The notes under the pieces are model-generated. The model saw only the letters and a program-made list of their open reading frames with translations. It did no database searches and was not told where the DNA came from. From Methanobacteriota archaeon (lineage in GTDB: Archaea; Halobacteriota; Bog-38; Methanoflorentales; Methanoflorentaceae): a stretch of 64,000 nucleotides of DNA. Positions 1 through 9,556 of this stretch are shown piece after piece (within the stretch, counting starts at the first letter, position 1; each line of letters starts with the position of its first letter). A program made the position numbers and the translations under genes. Location of the stretch: assembly GCA_963720465.1 (NCBI GenBank), contig OY970393.1, positions 1,504,001 to 1,568,000 on the forward strand, in the 5' to 3' direction.

Positions 1-320
1 TGGGTAACAGTCCCTTCAGGAGGGGCAAGCACGACTTTCTGCGCTTCGTTCACCTTTGGCTTGCGCACAAGAACGCGCTCCCCCATCCCGACGCCTGCAT
101 TTTGACGAATAAAACCATCTATGCGTATGATGCCCTCGTGCCAATCCTGGCGGTCGGCCCGCCAGACTTTGGCAGCGGTACTGGTCTTGCCAACGATTTC
201 TATGATTTCTCCAGGAGATAGCTGAAGCTTGAGAAGCGTGTCTGGGTCGAGTCGAGCGATACCCCTTCCCGAATCGTTCGGATAGGCTTTGGCGACTTTT
301 AGCTGGACCTCTTGCGCCAT
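1..320 (-). CDS. cdc48: CDC48/VCP-family AAA ATPase, N-terminal part (runs off the window start)
   Basis: Manual translation from ATG at 320: [42 protein letters not shown]...[11 protein letters not shown]...[13 protein letters not shown], the typical archaeal CDC48 N-domain. Confidence 0.92.
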   Translation of the reverse strand, partial: MAQEVQLKVAKAYPNDSGRGIARLDPDTLLKLQLSPGEIIEIVGKTSTAAKVWRADRQDWHEGIIRIDGFIRQNAGVGMGERVLVRKPKVNEAQKVVLAPPEGTVT

Positions 321-394
321 GCGATCAGAACCTAAGCTTATATGATAACACGGTGATATATAAGGGTGGCTAAAAGAGCCCCAGCTGTATATGC

Positions 395-1582
395 ATGACG
401 ATACTTGCATTTGAGCCTTTTTCAGGCGCTTCGGGGGATATGCTGACCGCATGCCTCATCGATCTTGGCGCGGACGCGTCCGCCGTTCGAGAGAACATGG
501 AAGCTGCCGCCGGCGTCGAAGTACAGATCTGCGAGGTGCAAAAGTCGGGGATACGGGCAACGCGCGTCAACGTGATCGCGCACGACGGGTCACGCTCGTA
601 CCTGAAACTCATCGACGCGATTCAGTCGTGCGGGATCAGTTCAACGATACTCGCTGATGCGAGCGCGATATTTGCGATCCTAGCAGAGGCAGAAGCAGCC
701 GTGCACGGAGTTCACAAAGACGATCTCGTATTCCACGAAGTGGGCGCTCAAGATGCCGTTGCAGATGTGATCGGCGCCTGCACTGCTGTTTCACAACTCC
801 AGGTTGACTCCGTATTTACGACCCCGATATGCGTGGGCGGAGGGTCTGTAGAGACTGATCACGGGCACCTGCCCGTACCCGCTCCTGTGACAGCTGCCAT
901 ACTCTCCAAATACCACCTGATAACCAGAGGGGGACCCGTTGAGGGCGAACTGCTCACCCCGACAGGTGCAGCTATTCTTGCCTTTTTCACCGGAATTTCG
1001 GATGTTTTCTTGCCGCAAATGACCCTCGAGCGCGTGGGGTACGGTGCTGGGTCTCGAGATTACCCCCACGCAAACGTCTTGCGTGCCACGCTCGGCCAGG
1101 TCAATGAAGATCTGCTACTCGACGACGTCCAGGTGCTCGAAACCAACGTGGACGACGTCACAGGGGAGGTGCTCGGAAGTCTCATAGAGGGACTCCTCGA
1201 AATTGGCGCGCTCGACGTGGCAATCATACCTACGACGGGGAAAAAAAGCAGAACTGGACACATTATCCAGGTGATCGCCCGACCCGCTGAATCGCACCGA
1301 CTTGCAAGGAAGATCATTGAAGAAACTGGCAGCTTAGGAGTGCGAATCACGCCTACACATCACAGAATCAAAACACTGAGGCGTTTTGAAACGGTAACGC
1401 TGCGCATCGGCAATGAATCTTACACGATCAGCGTAAAAGTTGCGACAGACCAACACGGGACTGTGCTCAACGTTGCCGCCGAATTTGACGAGGCAACTGC
1501 GCTTGCAAAGAAGCTAAACATCCCCGTTAAGCGTGTTATGAGGATGGCTGAACAGGAGGCTTGGGACCGAGTCGGCGGCTAG
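395..1582 (+). CDS. larC: Nickel pincer cofactor biosynthesis protein LarC
   Basis: [43 protein letters not shown] and [10 protein letters not shown] motifs. Confidence 0.93.
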   Translation: MTILAFEPFSGASGDMLTACLIDLGADASAVRENMEAAAGVEVQICEVQKSGIRATRVNVIAHDGSRSYLKLIDAIQSCGISSTILADASAIFAILAEAEAAVHGVHKDDLVFHEVGAQDAVADVIGACTAVSQLQVDSVFTTPICVGGGSVETDHGHLPVPAPVTAAILSKYHLITRGGPVEGELLTPTGAAILAFFTGISDVFLPQMTLERVGYGAGSRDYPHANVLRATLGQVNEDLLLDDVQVLETNVDDVTGEVLGSLIEGLLEIGALDVAIIPTTGKKSRTGHIIQVIARPAESHRLARKIIEETGSLGVRITPTHHRIKTLRRFETVTLRIGNESYTISVKVATDQHGTVLNVAAEFDEATALAKKLNIPVKRVMRMAEQEAWDRVGG

Positions 1583-2334
1583 TGCGTTTGATCTTTGCTT
1601 GCTCCCGCGTGTTCCGCGAGAGCTTGACTTATCGTTATTTCGCCTTTCGCTACCCTTTGGGCAAGCTTTCGCGAAATTGTTGTTCGACCTTCAGAGAGCG
1701 CTCTGGTCCTCTCTTGAATCCGCCGGATCTCACCCTTCGAAGGGAGCACGTTTTGATGCCCCGCCGGGGTGCCATGCGTGTATGCGATGTTGATTGCGGC
1801 AACGATGTCTGAGATCGCGATTCCTGCCGTGCCCTTTCCCAGGTATGGTGAGGTTCCGCTTTCATCGACGAACTCAACGGCGATGCCGTGCGAGATTAAG
1901 GCATTTGCTAAATGCGTGCTCGTCAGGCGTGCTCCGTTTCCAATTCTTACCAGGATATCAGGATAGGTCTGCTGAATCCGCTCTACAATTTTCGAAGCCT
2001 GTCTTAAAGGGACACGGTAAACAGCCTCAACGATACCATTCGCGACGACAGCAATTCCGGGTTCATCTCCTGGATCGATCCCTATGACGGCGCTTTCAGG
2101 TACGCCTGTATTTCTGAGACGTCGCATCGCTTCGCTGACCGCCATCTCGGGATCAGACGCAACAACGACATTCGGAAAAGAGATCGCGCTCGCCTCCTTG
2201 TCAGAAGTGATCACCACGCCAACTTCACGTCCTATAGCTTCGCTGGGCGCAACAGTTACAAATTTGAGCCTCTTTTCGCGAAGCTTCCTGGTGATATCCT
2301 GGTAGAGTGCGAAGTCCGTCGTTGCTAGGGCTAT
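1579..2334 (-). CDS. Conserved archaeal hypothetical protein with an RNase H-like (YqgF/RuvC-type) motif; start uncertain
   Basis: IGIDPG...GIAV, RIGNG and VDESGTSP motifs. Frame stays open upstream of the listed GTG (2217) to about 2345, reading IALATTDFALYQDITRKLRE. Confidence 0.7.
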   Translation of the reverse strand: MALATTDFALYQDITRKLREKRLKFVTVAPSEAIGREVGVVITSDKEASAISFPNVVVASDPEMAVSEAMRRLRNTGVPESAVIGIDPGDEPGIAVVANGIVEAVYRVPLRQASKIVERIQQTYPDILVRIGNGARLTSTHLANALISHGIAVEFVDESGTSPYLGKGTAGIAISDIVAAINIAYTHGTPAGHQNVLPSKGEIRRIQERTRALSEGRTTISRKLAQRVAKGEITISQALAEHAGASKDQTH

Positions 2335-2459
2335 GTAGATCTTTGCCCCCCCCTACTTTTTATTCTGGAACGAAAGTTTATAACTCTAACTCTCCATAAT
2401 GCCATAGCGAACGGCTTTGCGTTGTTTTTCAGGTTAGATTTGCTCTGAGGAAGTGAAGT

Positions 2460-3128
2460 TTGCCCCTTTATCCAAGTACCTGCCACAGCATCGATGCTCT
2501 CATCGGCGGCGGCTTTCCAACAGGGGTCCTGTCGCACATCTATGGAGAGCCGGGCAGTGGGAAGACTAGCCTATGCATGCAGCTAGCTACGAACGTCATA
2601 AGACGCGAAAAGCGCGTGATTTATATCGCGGCTGGTCCGTTCCCAAGCGAACGATTCGCTCAGGTCGCTGCAACGGACGCTGCACCGATCAGTCAAAAAC
2701 TGCTCGTTTTCGAGGTGAAAAGCTTCGATCAGCAGCGGGCTACGCTCGGCAATATCAGGAAAATAGCAAAGGAAAACGTAGGGCTTATCATTTTCGATAC
2801 AGCCACCACTTACTATCGGCTCGAACAAGCAAAAAACACGGAGATTGAGTCGCGACAAGGCTTCACCAATCAAGTTCTTTTGCTGCTCGGTTTAGCCAAA
2901 AAGTACGACCTGGCCGTTATGTTAACCAACCAGGTTTATGTCGACACCGACACAAATGAGGTGCTGCCTGTTGCGGGGTACTTGCTTGATAACCTCTCCG
3001 CCATCGTTTTACAGTTCACAAAAACTCATTCGGAACGGCGGTGCGCGATATTGAAGAAGCATCCTATACTGCCACTCGAGACAAGCGCGTATTTTAAGCT
3101 TACGGGTCGGGGACTGTCCGATGCTTAA
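2460..3128 (+). CDS. radB: DNA repair and recombination protein RadB
   Basis: Short RecA-family protein: IDALIGGG, Walker A YGEPGSGKT, LTNQV, C-terminal LKKHP. Confidence 0.9.
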   Translation: MPLYPSTCHSIDALIGGGFPTGVLSHIYGEPGSGKTSLCMQLATNVIRREKRVIYIAAGPFPSERFAQVAATDAAPISQKLLVFEVKSFDQQRATLGNIRKIAKENVGLIIFDTATTYYRLEQAKNTEIESRQGFTNQVLLLLGLAKKYDLAVMLTNQVYVDTDTNEVLPVAGYLLDNLSAIVLQFTKTHSERRCAILKKHPILPLETSAYFKLTGRGLSDA

Positions 3129-3939
3129 CCTTTTTTAGGAAATAGATGCCCTTGTAGACCGTTTCCGCCGGCCCTTCCATCAGGGCGCGGTCTTTCCTCA
3201 ACGTAACTTTCAAAGAACCACCTAACGTTTTGACGGTGACCCGAGTGCCTATGAGGCCCATCTGGTTCGCGACAGCTGCGGCTGCGACAGCACCGGTGCC
3301 GCAGCTGAGAGTCTCACGTTCAACGCCGCGCTCGTACGTACGAACAGCAAGCGTATTCCCATCGACTTTCACAAAATTGACGTTGGCTCCTAGAGGGAAC
3401 ACTGGATCAAACCGAATCTTTACTGCTAAGTCGTGCACATCAATGTCAGCTTGATCGTCAAAGATCACCGCGTGAGGTACACCGGTGTTGACCGCGGAAA
3501 CCACCACCCCGTGCATATTTTCGATGAACTGATCGCCGGTCCCGAGAGCTGGTATCGCTGAGCGGGCAAACCGAGGCTTGCCCATGTCAACAACTACCGA
3601 GCTTCTCTTAGCGGTGACCTCGCGAACCCCGGCCTTTGTCTTCACCGTCACGCTGCCGCGCTTCACATACCCGGCATCGACGGCGTACATGACGAGACAA
3701 CGAATGCCGTTTCCGCACATCTCCGCTTCAGAACCGTCAGGCTGAAGCAGTCGCATGCCCAGATCGGCGCCCGCAGGCCGGGACACGAAAAGAACCCCAT
3801 CAGCGCCTATGCCAAACCGACGGTCGCACGTCTTTATGGCAAAACTCGATTTGTTTTTGATGGCCACTTTCTCAGTCTCGTCAATGATGACAAAGTCGTT
3901 CCCATTACCGTGCATCTTGACGAACTCTAGCGCCCTCAT
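3100..3939 (-). CDS. dapF: Diaminopimelate epimerase
   Basis: KMHGNGNDF, AEMCGNGIRC, TGVPH, TYERGVERETLSCGTGA. Confidence 0.96.
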   Translation of the reverse strand: MRALEFVKMHGNGNDFVIIDETEKVAIKNKSSFAIKTCDRRFGIGADGVLFVSRPAGADLGMRLLQPDGSEAEMCGNGIRCLVMYAVDAGYVKRGSVTVKTKAGVREVTAKRSSVVVDMGKPRFARSAIPALGTGDQFIENMHGVVVSAVNTGVPHAVIFDDQADIDVHDLAVKIRFDPVFPLGANVNFVKVDGNTLAVRTYERGVERETLSCGTGAVAAAAVANQMGLIGTRVTVKTLGGSLKVTLRKDRALMEGPAETVYKGIYFLKKVKHRTVPDP

Positions 3940-3948
3940 AGCGAACCC

Positions 3949-5229
3949 TCATAGCAGGCGCGGTGGAATACACTGTCCGATCAAGAGATCCTCGTAGGTT
4001 TCGCGCCTTCGAATGATTTCTGCTTCACCCGCGCTGACGAGCACTTCACTCGCGCGTGCGCGTCCGTTGTACTGAGAGCTCATCGCAAACCCGTACGCGC
4101 CTGTGTCGAGGATAGCGATTATGTCGCCCTTTTCAACGCGTGGAAGACGTCTGTCTCTTGCCAGTATGTCGCCGCTTTCGCATATCGGGCCAACGACCGT
4201 GTACACGTGATCGGGTGTCTTATCGAGCTTATTCGCGACAATCACCTCGTGGTACGACTCATACAAGGTCGGGCGGAGCAGAAGGTTAAACCCGGCGTCA
4301 ACGCCGACGAAAGTGCTATACGCCTCCTTGACGGTGCTGACCGCACAGAGCAGAATTGCGCCGTCACCAACGACGTATCTTCCCGGTTCAAGCACGAGCT
4401 TGGGGCGGATCCCCAGCGCGCGCGCACGTTCGGTGAAGATCGGCAGAATCACACTCGCGAGGTCGAATGGGGTTGGCGCTGTCCCGGCGTACGGTATGCC
4501 CAGTCCGCTGCCGATGTCAACGAAATCGAGTTCGAGCGCAAGGTCGTTTCTGAGTTCTTCAACGATATCCATCATCCGCGTCATCATCTCTGCGAAGGGG
4601 CTAAGCTCGAGTATCTGTGAACCGATGTGGCAATGAATGCCAACAGGCCGGACACCTTCAAGTGAGAGCGCTTCGGCGTAGCACGCAAGCACCTGAGTGG
4701 GGGGGATTCCAAATTTCGATTGCGCCAGGCCCGTTGCGATCTTGGGATGAGTCGCGGGAGAAACGTTAGGGTTGATCCTGAATGCGATCTCGACCTCTCT
4801 GTCTGCATCTGAGGCAATTCGTGCGAGCGCTCGGAGCTCATCAGGTGAATCAACGGACACCCTCACGCCGGTTTCACACGCCATTGCAAGCTCGGCGTCA
4901 GTTTTTGCGTTTCCATTGAAGAGGATGCGGTCGGGTCGGATCCCGGCAAGGAGAGCAGCATACAGCTCACCATCGGAGAATACGTCGGCGCCGGCACCTT
5001 CTTGCGCGAGTATGCGCAGGATCGCTATGTGACCATTCGCCTTTGCGGCGTAGTATACATCCGCTTTAGGGAACGCGGCGGCGAAGCGCCGGTAGTTGCT
5101 TCGAATGCGCCTCTCATCGGTGACATAGAGCGGCGTGCCGTGCTTTCGCGCGAGCTCAACGGCATCGGCGCCCCCAATGATGAGGTGGCCGTTCTTCTCG
5201 CCGAGATGTTCGCGCGTGCCGAAATCCAT
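3949..5229 (-). CDS. lysA: Diaminopimelate decarboxylase (likely start MDFGTRE at 5229)
   Basis: YAAKAN PLP lysine, HCHIGSQ, LEPGRY, GPICESGD, GAYGFAMSSQYN. Start overlaps the dapL stop. Confidence 0.96.
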   Translation of the reverse strand: MDFGTREHLGEKNGHLIIGGADAVELARKHGTPLYVTDERRIRSNYRRFAAAFPKADVYYAAKANGHIAILRILAQEGAGADVFSDGELYAALLAGIRPDRILFNGNAKTDAELAMACETGVRVSVDSPDELRALARIASDADREVEIAFRINPNVSPATHPKIATGLAQSKFGIPPTQVLACYAEALSLEGVRPVGIHCHIGSQILELSPFAEMMTRMMDIVEELRNDLALELDFVDIGSGLGIPYAGTAPTPFDLASVILPIFTERARALGIRPKLVLEPGRYVVGDGAILLCAVSTVKEAYSTFVGVDAGFNLLLRPTLYESYHEVIVANKLDKTPDHVYTVVGPICESGDILARDRRLPRVEKGDIIAILDTGAYGFAMSSQYNGRARASEVLVSAGEAEIIRRRETYEDLLIGQCIPPRLL

Positions 5230-6383
5230 TATATGACCTCCTGGAGCCGCGTCACAGCCTCCTCGATCGTGCTGACGGGCACCGTCAACGCGAATCTGAT
5301 GTAGCCCTCCCCGTAGTCTCCGAAGCCAATGCCTGGCGTTGCGACAATCCCGGCATTTAGAAGTCTCATTGAAAACTCGAGAGAGGAGCTTCCGTCTGGA
5401 ACTGGAGCCCAGACATAAAACGTTGCCTTCGGCTTGTCCACGGACCATCCAATGTTCCTTAGGCCATCGACCAGTGCGTCTCTGCGCTCTAAATAGAGTT
5501 TCTTGAGTACTTCAACCGTTTCCTGTGGCCCCGTCATAGCAGCGATCCCCGATTCCTGTACCGCCTGGAATGCGCCTGAATCTAGGTTCGATTTGACCTT
5601 TCTGAGGCCAGCTATGACGTCGGCGTTTCCTACTGCAAACCCGATTCGCCAGCCGGTCATATTGTACGTTTTGGAGAGGCTGCCGATTTCGATTCCAACG
5701 TCCATTGCCCCAGGTACGGAGAGAAACGACGGAGCTACGTAACCGTCATAAGTCAGCTCTAAATATGCTGCATCGTGGCAGACGATAATATCGTTGTCAG
5801 AGGCGTAATCGACGATGGCTCTAAAAAAACCACTATCAGCGACCGCGGCCGTCGGATTGTTCGGATAGTTGATGAAGAGCAACTTGGCATCGGTCACAGC
5901 CTTGTCAATATCAGGTAAGAATCCGTTGTCAGCAGTTAGTGGCATGCTTATGGGCTTGCCATCAGCCAGGATAGTAGCAATCCTGTACACGGGATATGCG
6001 GGATCGGGAACAAGTACTTTGTCCCCTCGGTTGATAAAGGCCAAGGGAAGATGCGCTATGCCTTCCTTCGATCCGATCAGTGCGGAGGCCTCACGCGCTG
6101 GATCAACAGCGATACCTTTCTTCGCGTACCACTCACTTACGGCCTCTCTAAATGACAGCATGCCTTCAGAGGATGGGTACCGATGGTTCGCATCGTTGTG
6201 CGCGGCGCGCACGAGCGAATCTATGATGTGAGGCGGCGTTGGCTGATCTGGGTCTCCAACTCCCAGATCAATAACGTTGATTCCCTGTGCCTCCTTCGCT
6301 GCCTTCAGCGCATCTATTTGGGCGAAAAGGTAGGGCGGCAGCACCTCTAGTCTTTTTGAATACTTGATTGTCGCGTTCGCCAT
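5229..6383 (-). CDS. dapL: LL-diaminopimelate aminotransferase (likely start MANATIKY at 6383)
   Basis: LPPYLFA, IDLGVGDPD, GSKEGIAH, NYPNNPT, SLSKTYNMTGWRIG. In an operon with lysA and dapF. Confidence 0.92.
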   Translation of the reverse strand: MANATIKYSKRLEVLPPYLFAQIDALKAAKEAQGINVIDLGVGDPDQPTPPHIIDSLVRAAHNDANHRYPSSEGMLSFREAVSEWYAKKGIAVDPAREASALIGSKEGIAHLPLAFINRGDKVLVPDPAYPVYRIATILADGKPISMPLTADNGFLPDIDKAVTDAKLLFINYPNNPTAAVADSGFFRAIVDYASDNDIIVCHDAAYLELTYDGYVAPSFLSVPGAMDVGIEIGSLSKTYNMTGWRIGFAVGNADVIAGLRKVKSNLDSGAFQAVQESGIAAMTGPQETVEVLKKLYLERRDALVDGLRNIGWSVDKPKATFYVWAPVPDGSSSLEFSMRLLNAGIVATPGIGFGDYGEGYIRFALTVPVSTIEEAVTRLQEVI

Positions 6384-6679
6384 GCTTCCACCTAAGTGGT
6401 AGGCTGCGAAGTGGGGTATCACAAGCGCAGCTTCCAAAACCATGAAACATCGCAAAGTGCAACGATTTGCGATTGCTCATCATCATTGAAGTTCTTTTTC
6501 GAATAAAGACTTATTGGGGGCTGCGTTGAACGAGCAGCCGCGAATTGTTCCTGCATGGAAGCGCTGACATGAAACCAAGCAGTTCATCGGTTGCTCTTGG
6601 ATGACGCGCGTCGAATCAGCTCTGGGTGATGCAAACCTTTATTGTCTAGAAGCTTTCCATATACGCGAGAGCTGATACC

Positions 6680-7288
6680 ATGGATAATCGCAATCTAATT
6701 ACGGCGCTCGCGATCGCGGCGCTGATAACATTGGCAGTGACGGCGGCCGGCTGCACGACGAATACGAGCCCGTCTCCGACTCCGATTCCATCGAGCACCA
6801 CGACCAATGGCAACAACACGACGTTTTCAAGTGGCACTGGTTTCAATATTACGTATCCTACTGCGCTCAAAGTAGATACGTCAAACGATCCAACAACCCA
6901 AGTGAAGATATATGTGTATCTGAATCCAAGTACTGTAGTTGATGGCGTGAACGTGGGCACAAATAGTCTTAGCGCAGGCCAAACTTTGAGCAGTTATGCT
7001 GCCTCTCAGTTGGCTAACGTCACCAAATACCCGAGCTACCAACAGATTTCAAACAACACCACTACAGTTTCTGGCCAGCCAGCACAAACAGTCATTTTTC
7101 AAGGGGTCGTCCCTGTCCAGCTTAATACAACGCCAGCTACGAATACTAATATGACGCTCAAAGTAATGGAGACTTTCGTCGTAAATAACAACACTGGTTA
7201 TGTGATAGCTTACAAGGCCGTACCCAGCGACTATAACACCTACCTAGCGCAAGCACAGCGAATAATGAACTCATTTGTGCTGACATAA
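6680..7288 (+). CDS. Lipoprotein with a PsbP-like domain
   Basis: Lipobox TAAGC, Ser/Thr/Pro linker, GFNITYP motif, C-terminal AQRIMNSF. Confidence 0.7.
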   Translation: MDNRNLITALAIAALITLAVTAAGCTTNTSPSPTPIPSSTTTNGNNTTFSSGTGFNITYPTALKVDTSNDPTTQVKIYVYLNPSTVVDGVNVGTNSLSAGQTLSSYAASQLANVTKYPSYQQISNNTTTVSGQPAQTVIFQGVVPVQLNTTPATNTNMTLKVMETFVVNNNTGYVIAYKAVPSDYNTYLAQAQRIMNSFVLT

Positions 7289-7778
7289 TCAAGACGCAGA
7301 CACTCCAGATGGGTAGAGAGCCGCTTCTCTGCCCTTTATTTTCTTGTTTTGCAAGTCTAGTTGAGTTAGCACGAACAGAATTACAGCAAACGCTGCACGA
7401 AAAATTGGTGCTGTCTTCGCGTCCTTGTAAAAAAAGTTCTTTCAATCAAACTATGTAAGATACGCCGGCCATCTCAGAATCGACGGCCGACTTGCTTACT
7501 TGGTCGCAATGACCAATACTTGCGCAATACAATAGTCCCGATGCAATGCTGTGCTTTCTGATTTGGCTCGTCACCTCGCTTAGTTTAGTCAATGCTATGT
7601 CTGCTTCACTCCTATTTGTATTTTTTCATTATTAAACGTGATTGATAGCGGAATTAAGCAGCCTAAAAGAAAGAGCGCTTTTAGGCGTGCAGACCCGTCA
7701 CGGAGCTGTTGTCAACATGAAACCCTTTCTTGCTATCAAACGAATGCCGTTTCGAACAGTGACTATTGATTCTCGAAG

Positions 7779-8384
7779 CTAATCGTACAGGTAATCGTAG
7801 GACAAGTGCGAGTCCACTATCTGCGTCTTCCCGCAAGCAAGCGATTCCCTCGTCGCGCCAAAATCAGCACAATGGATCAACGTTTTACCATTTCCTATTT
7901 CCGCGGCCTGATGCGCGTCGCTGGTCCCAATGACGGGTTTATCATATTGACAAGCTAGCTGTTGCGCAAGCGCATTGCGCGAGGCGCTCGTTTTCGAATT
8001 GAATCCCTCAATGAGATCAAGGCTCTTAATGGCCTCGGGACGTAATAGGTTCTTTCCGACTCGGAATGGGTGCGCCCAAAAAACTATTCCACCTTGCGCT
8101 TTTACCTCGGTGATCACGTCGGCGGTGTTTCTAGACTTAATTTCCTCCGTGAGAAATAAACCGATCAGGTCCTCCTTGTTCGCCGTCTCAATTTCTGAAC
8201 CGACGATGACCAAAAAATCAGAGTCGTCATTCAACCTACGCGTCTTAACTGCGCCCTTGATGGTTAAGTGATCCGCGACGGCAATGCCGTCCAATCCCAG
8301 TTTCTTTGCGACCTTGAGAATGGTGGCCGGCGCCATTGTACAATCGCCCGAGTATTTTGAGTGAATGTGCAGATCAAAGATCAC
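7779..8384 (-). CDS. PHP-domain metal-dependent phosphoesterase
   Basis: DLHIHSKYSGD, IAVADH, AHPFR, GTSDAH. Confidence 0.9.
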   Translation of the reverse strand: MIFDLHIHSKYSGDCTMAPATILKVAKKLGLDGIAVADHLTIKGAVKTRRLNDDSDFLVIVGSEIETANKEDLIGLFLTEEIKSRNTADVITEVKAQGGIVFWAHPFRVGKNLLRPEAIKSLDLIEGFNSKTSASRNALAQQLACQYDKPVIGTSDAHQAAEIGNGKTLIHCADFGATRESLACGKTQIVDSHLSYDYLYD

Positions 8385-8588
8385 GTTCCTTGCACCTCGA
8401 TCGACGCGTCCATCGACTACAAACTGATGGGCGTTCGCCTGCGAAAATACTCAAGCCTAATAATCCAATGGCGGCCAATAAGCATTTGTATCTTTCGCCA
8501 ATTCTTTCCGCAACCGGGGGTTTCTGCTGGCGAGGTCATCGCGAAAAAGGAAGAAACGGTTAAGCCTAGCGCCACGTTACAACCGTCT

Positions 8589-9062
8589 ATGAAAACGCTC
8601 GTCGTTTTTTATTCTCGCACCGGTGTCACCAGAAAGGTGGCTGAAACGATCGCGCGAGCCCTCTCAGGAGACGTCGAGGAGATCGTCGCTAGAGAAGATC
8701 GAAGCGATTTTTCCGGGTACGGCCTTTCGCGCGAGGAGGCGGTCCTGAAAAAGCCCGCAGCCATCAAGGCCACGAAAAGGGATCCTGCCCGTTACGACCT
8801 CACGATCGTTGGCACGCCGGTATGGGTTCAAACCGTATCAAGTCCCGTGAGGGCCTACATCTCGCGCAAGAGAAAGCGATTCACTCGTGTTGCGTTCTTT
8901 TCCACCCAAGATCGTTCAGGGGCAGAGAGCGCGTTCGAAGAGATGCAAGAACTGTGCAACGCGACCCCGGTTGCCACCGTCAAAATTCTGCACCAAGACG
9001 TAGAAGACAACTCGTACGTTCAGAAGATCGAAAGCTTTCTAGTGCGTATCGGCAATCTGTAA
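8589..9062 (+). CDS. Flavodoxin-family protein (start MKTLVVFYSRTG)
   Basis: FYSRTGVT FMN loop, GTPVW, VAFFST. Confidence 0.85.
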   Translation: MKTLVVFYSRTGVTRKVAETIARALSGDVEEIVAREDRSDFSGYGLSREEAVLKKPAAIKATKRDPARYDLTIVGTPVWVQTVSSPVRAYISRKRKRFTRVAFFSTQDRSGAESAFEEMQELCNATPVATVKILHQDVEDNSYVQKIESFLVRIGNL

Positions 9063-9212
9063 GCGATCCTTTCAAGCTCAAAGCGCCTGGTCATCCTGCT
9101 CGCACGCGGCCGCCGTAGAGTTCGTCAAGCGTGCGCTGAGTGACAAACTAAAGTTGTTATAAATCTTAAAATAGCTACTGGCTCTATTTTACGTTGCCTC
9201 GGTCTTAAATCA

Positions 9213-9365
9213 CTAAGGTTGTTAACGGAAGCTCGGTTGATTCCACAGAAAGGGTCGATGCATGGGTTGTCTCACGCTTATCGTGAGCTTGTTGGTTCTG
9301 TGGAAAAAGGGACACGTTAGATATGTCGCGAACGGGCAAAAGTTAACGACCTTAGACTATTTTTT
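9213..9365 (+). ncRNA. Candidate structured non-coding RNA (multi-stem)
   Basis: Nested stems 9213-9226/9342-9355, 9231-9235/9333-9337, 9241-9250/9296-9305 and 9271-9276/9282-9287. TATA-like TTATAAA at 9157; T6 at 9360. Confidence 0.5.
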
Positions 9366-9556
9366 ATGACGCTTATCAGGTCCAGAGAGGCTTTACACGA
9401 AATAAGCGAACGCGATCACCAACGCCTAGCTGGGCCGGTACAAAGGTAACCACCCTCGGCCTTTGCGCGCGGCTCTCATCGCCACGCTCCGCTGATGCCA
9501 GAACTTCTGACAACGGTATTAATATCGGACTGCCCATATGGGTTAGCTGGAGCAGC

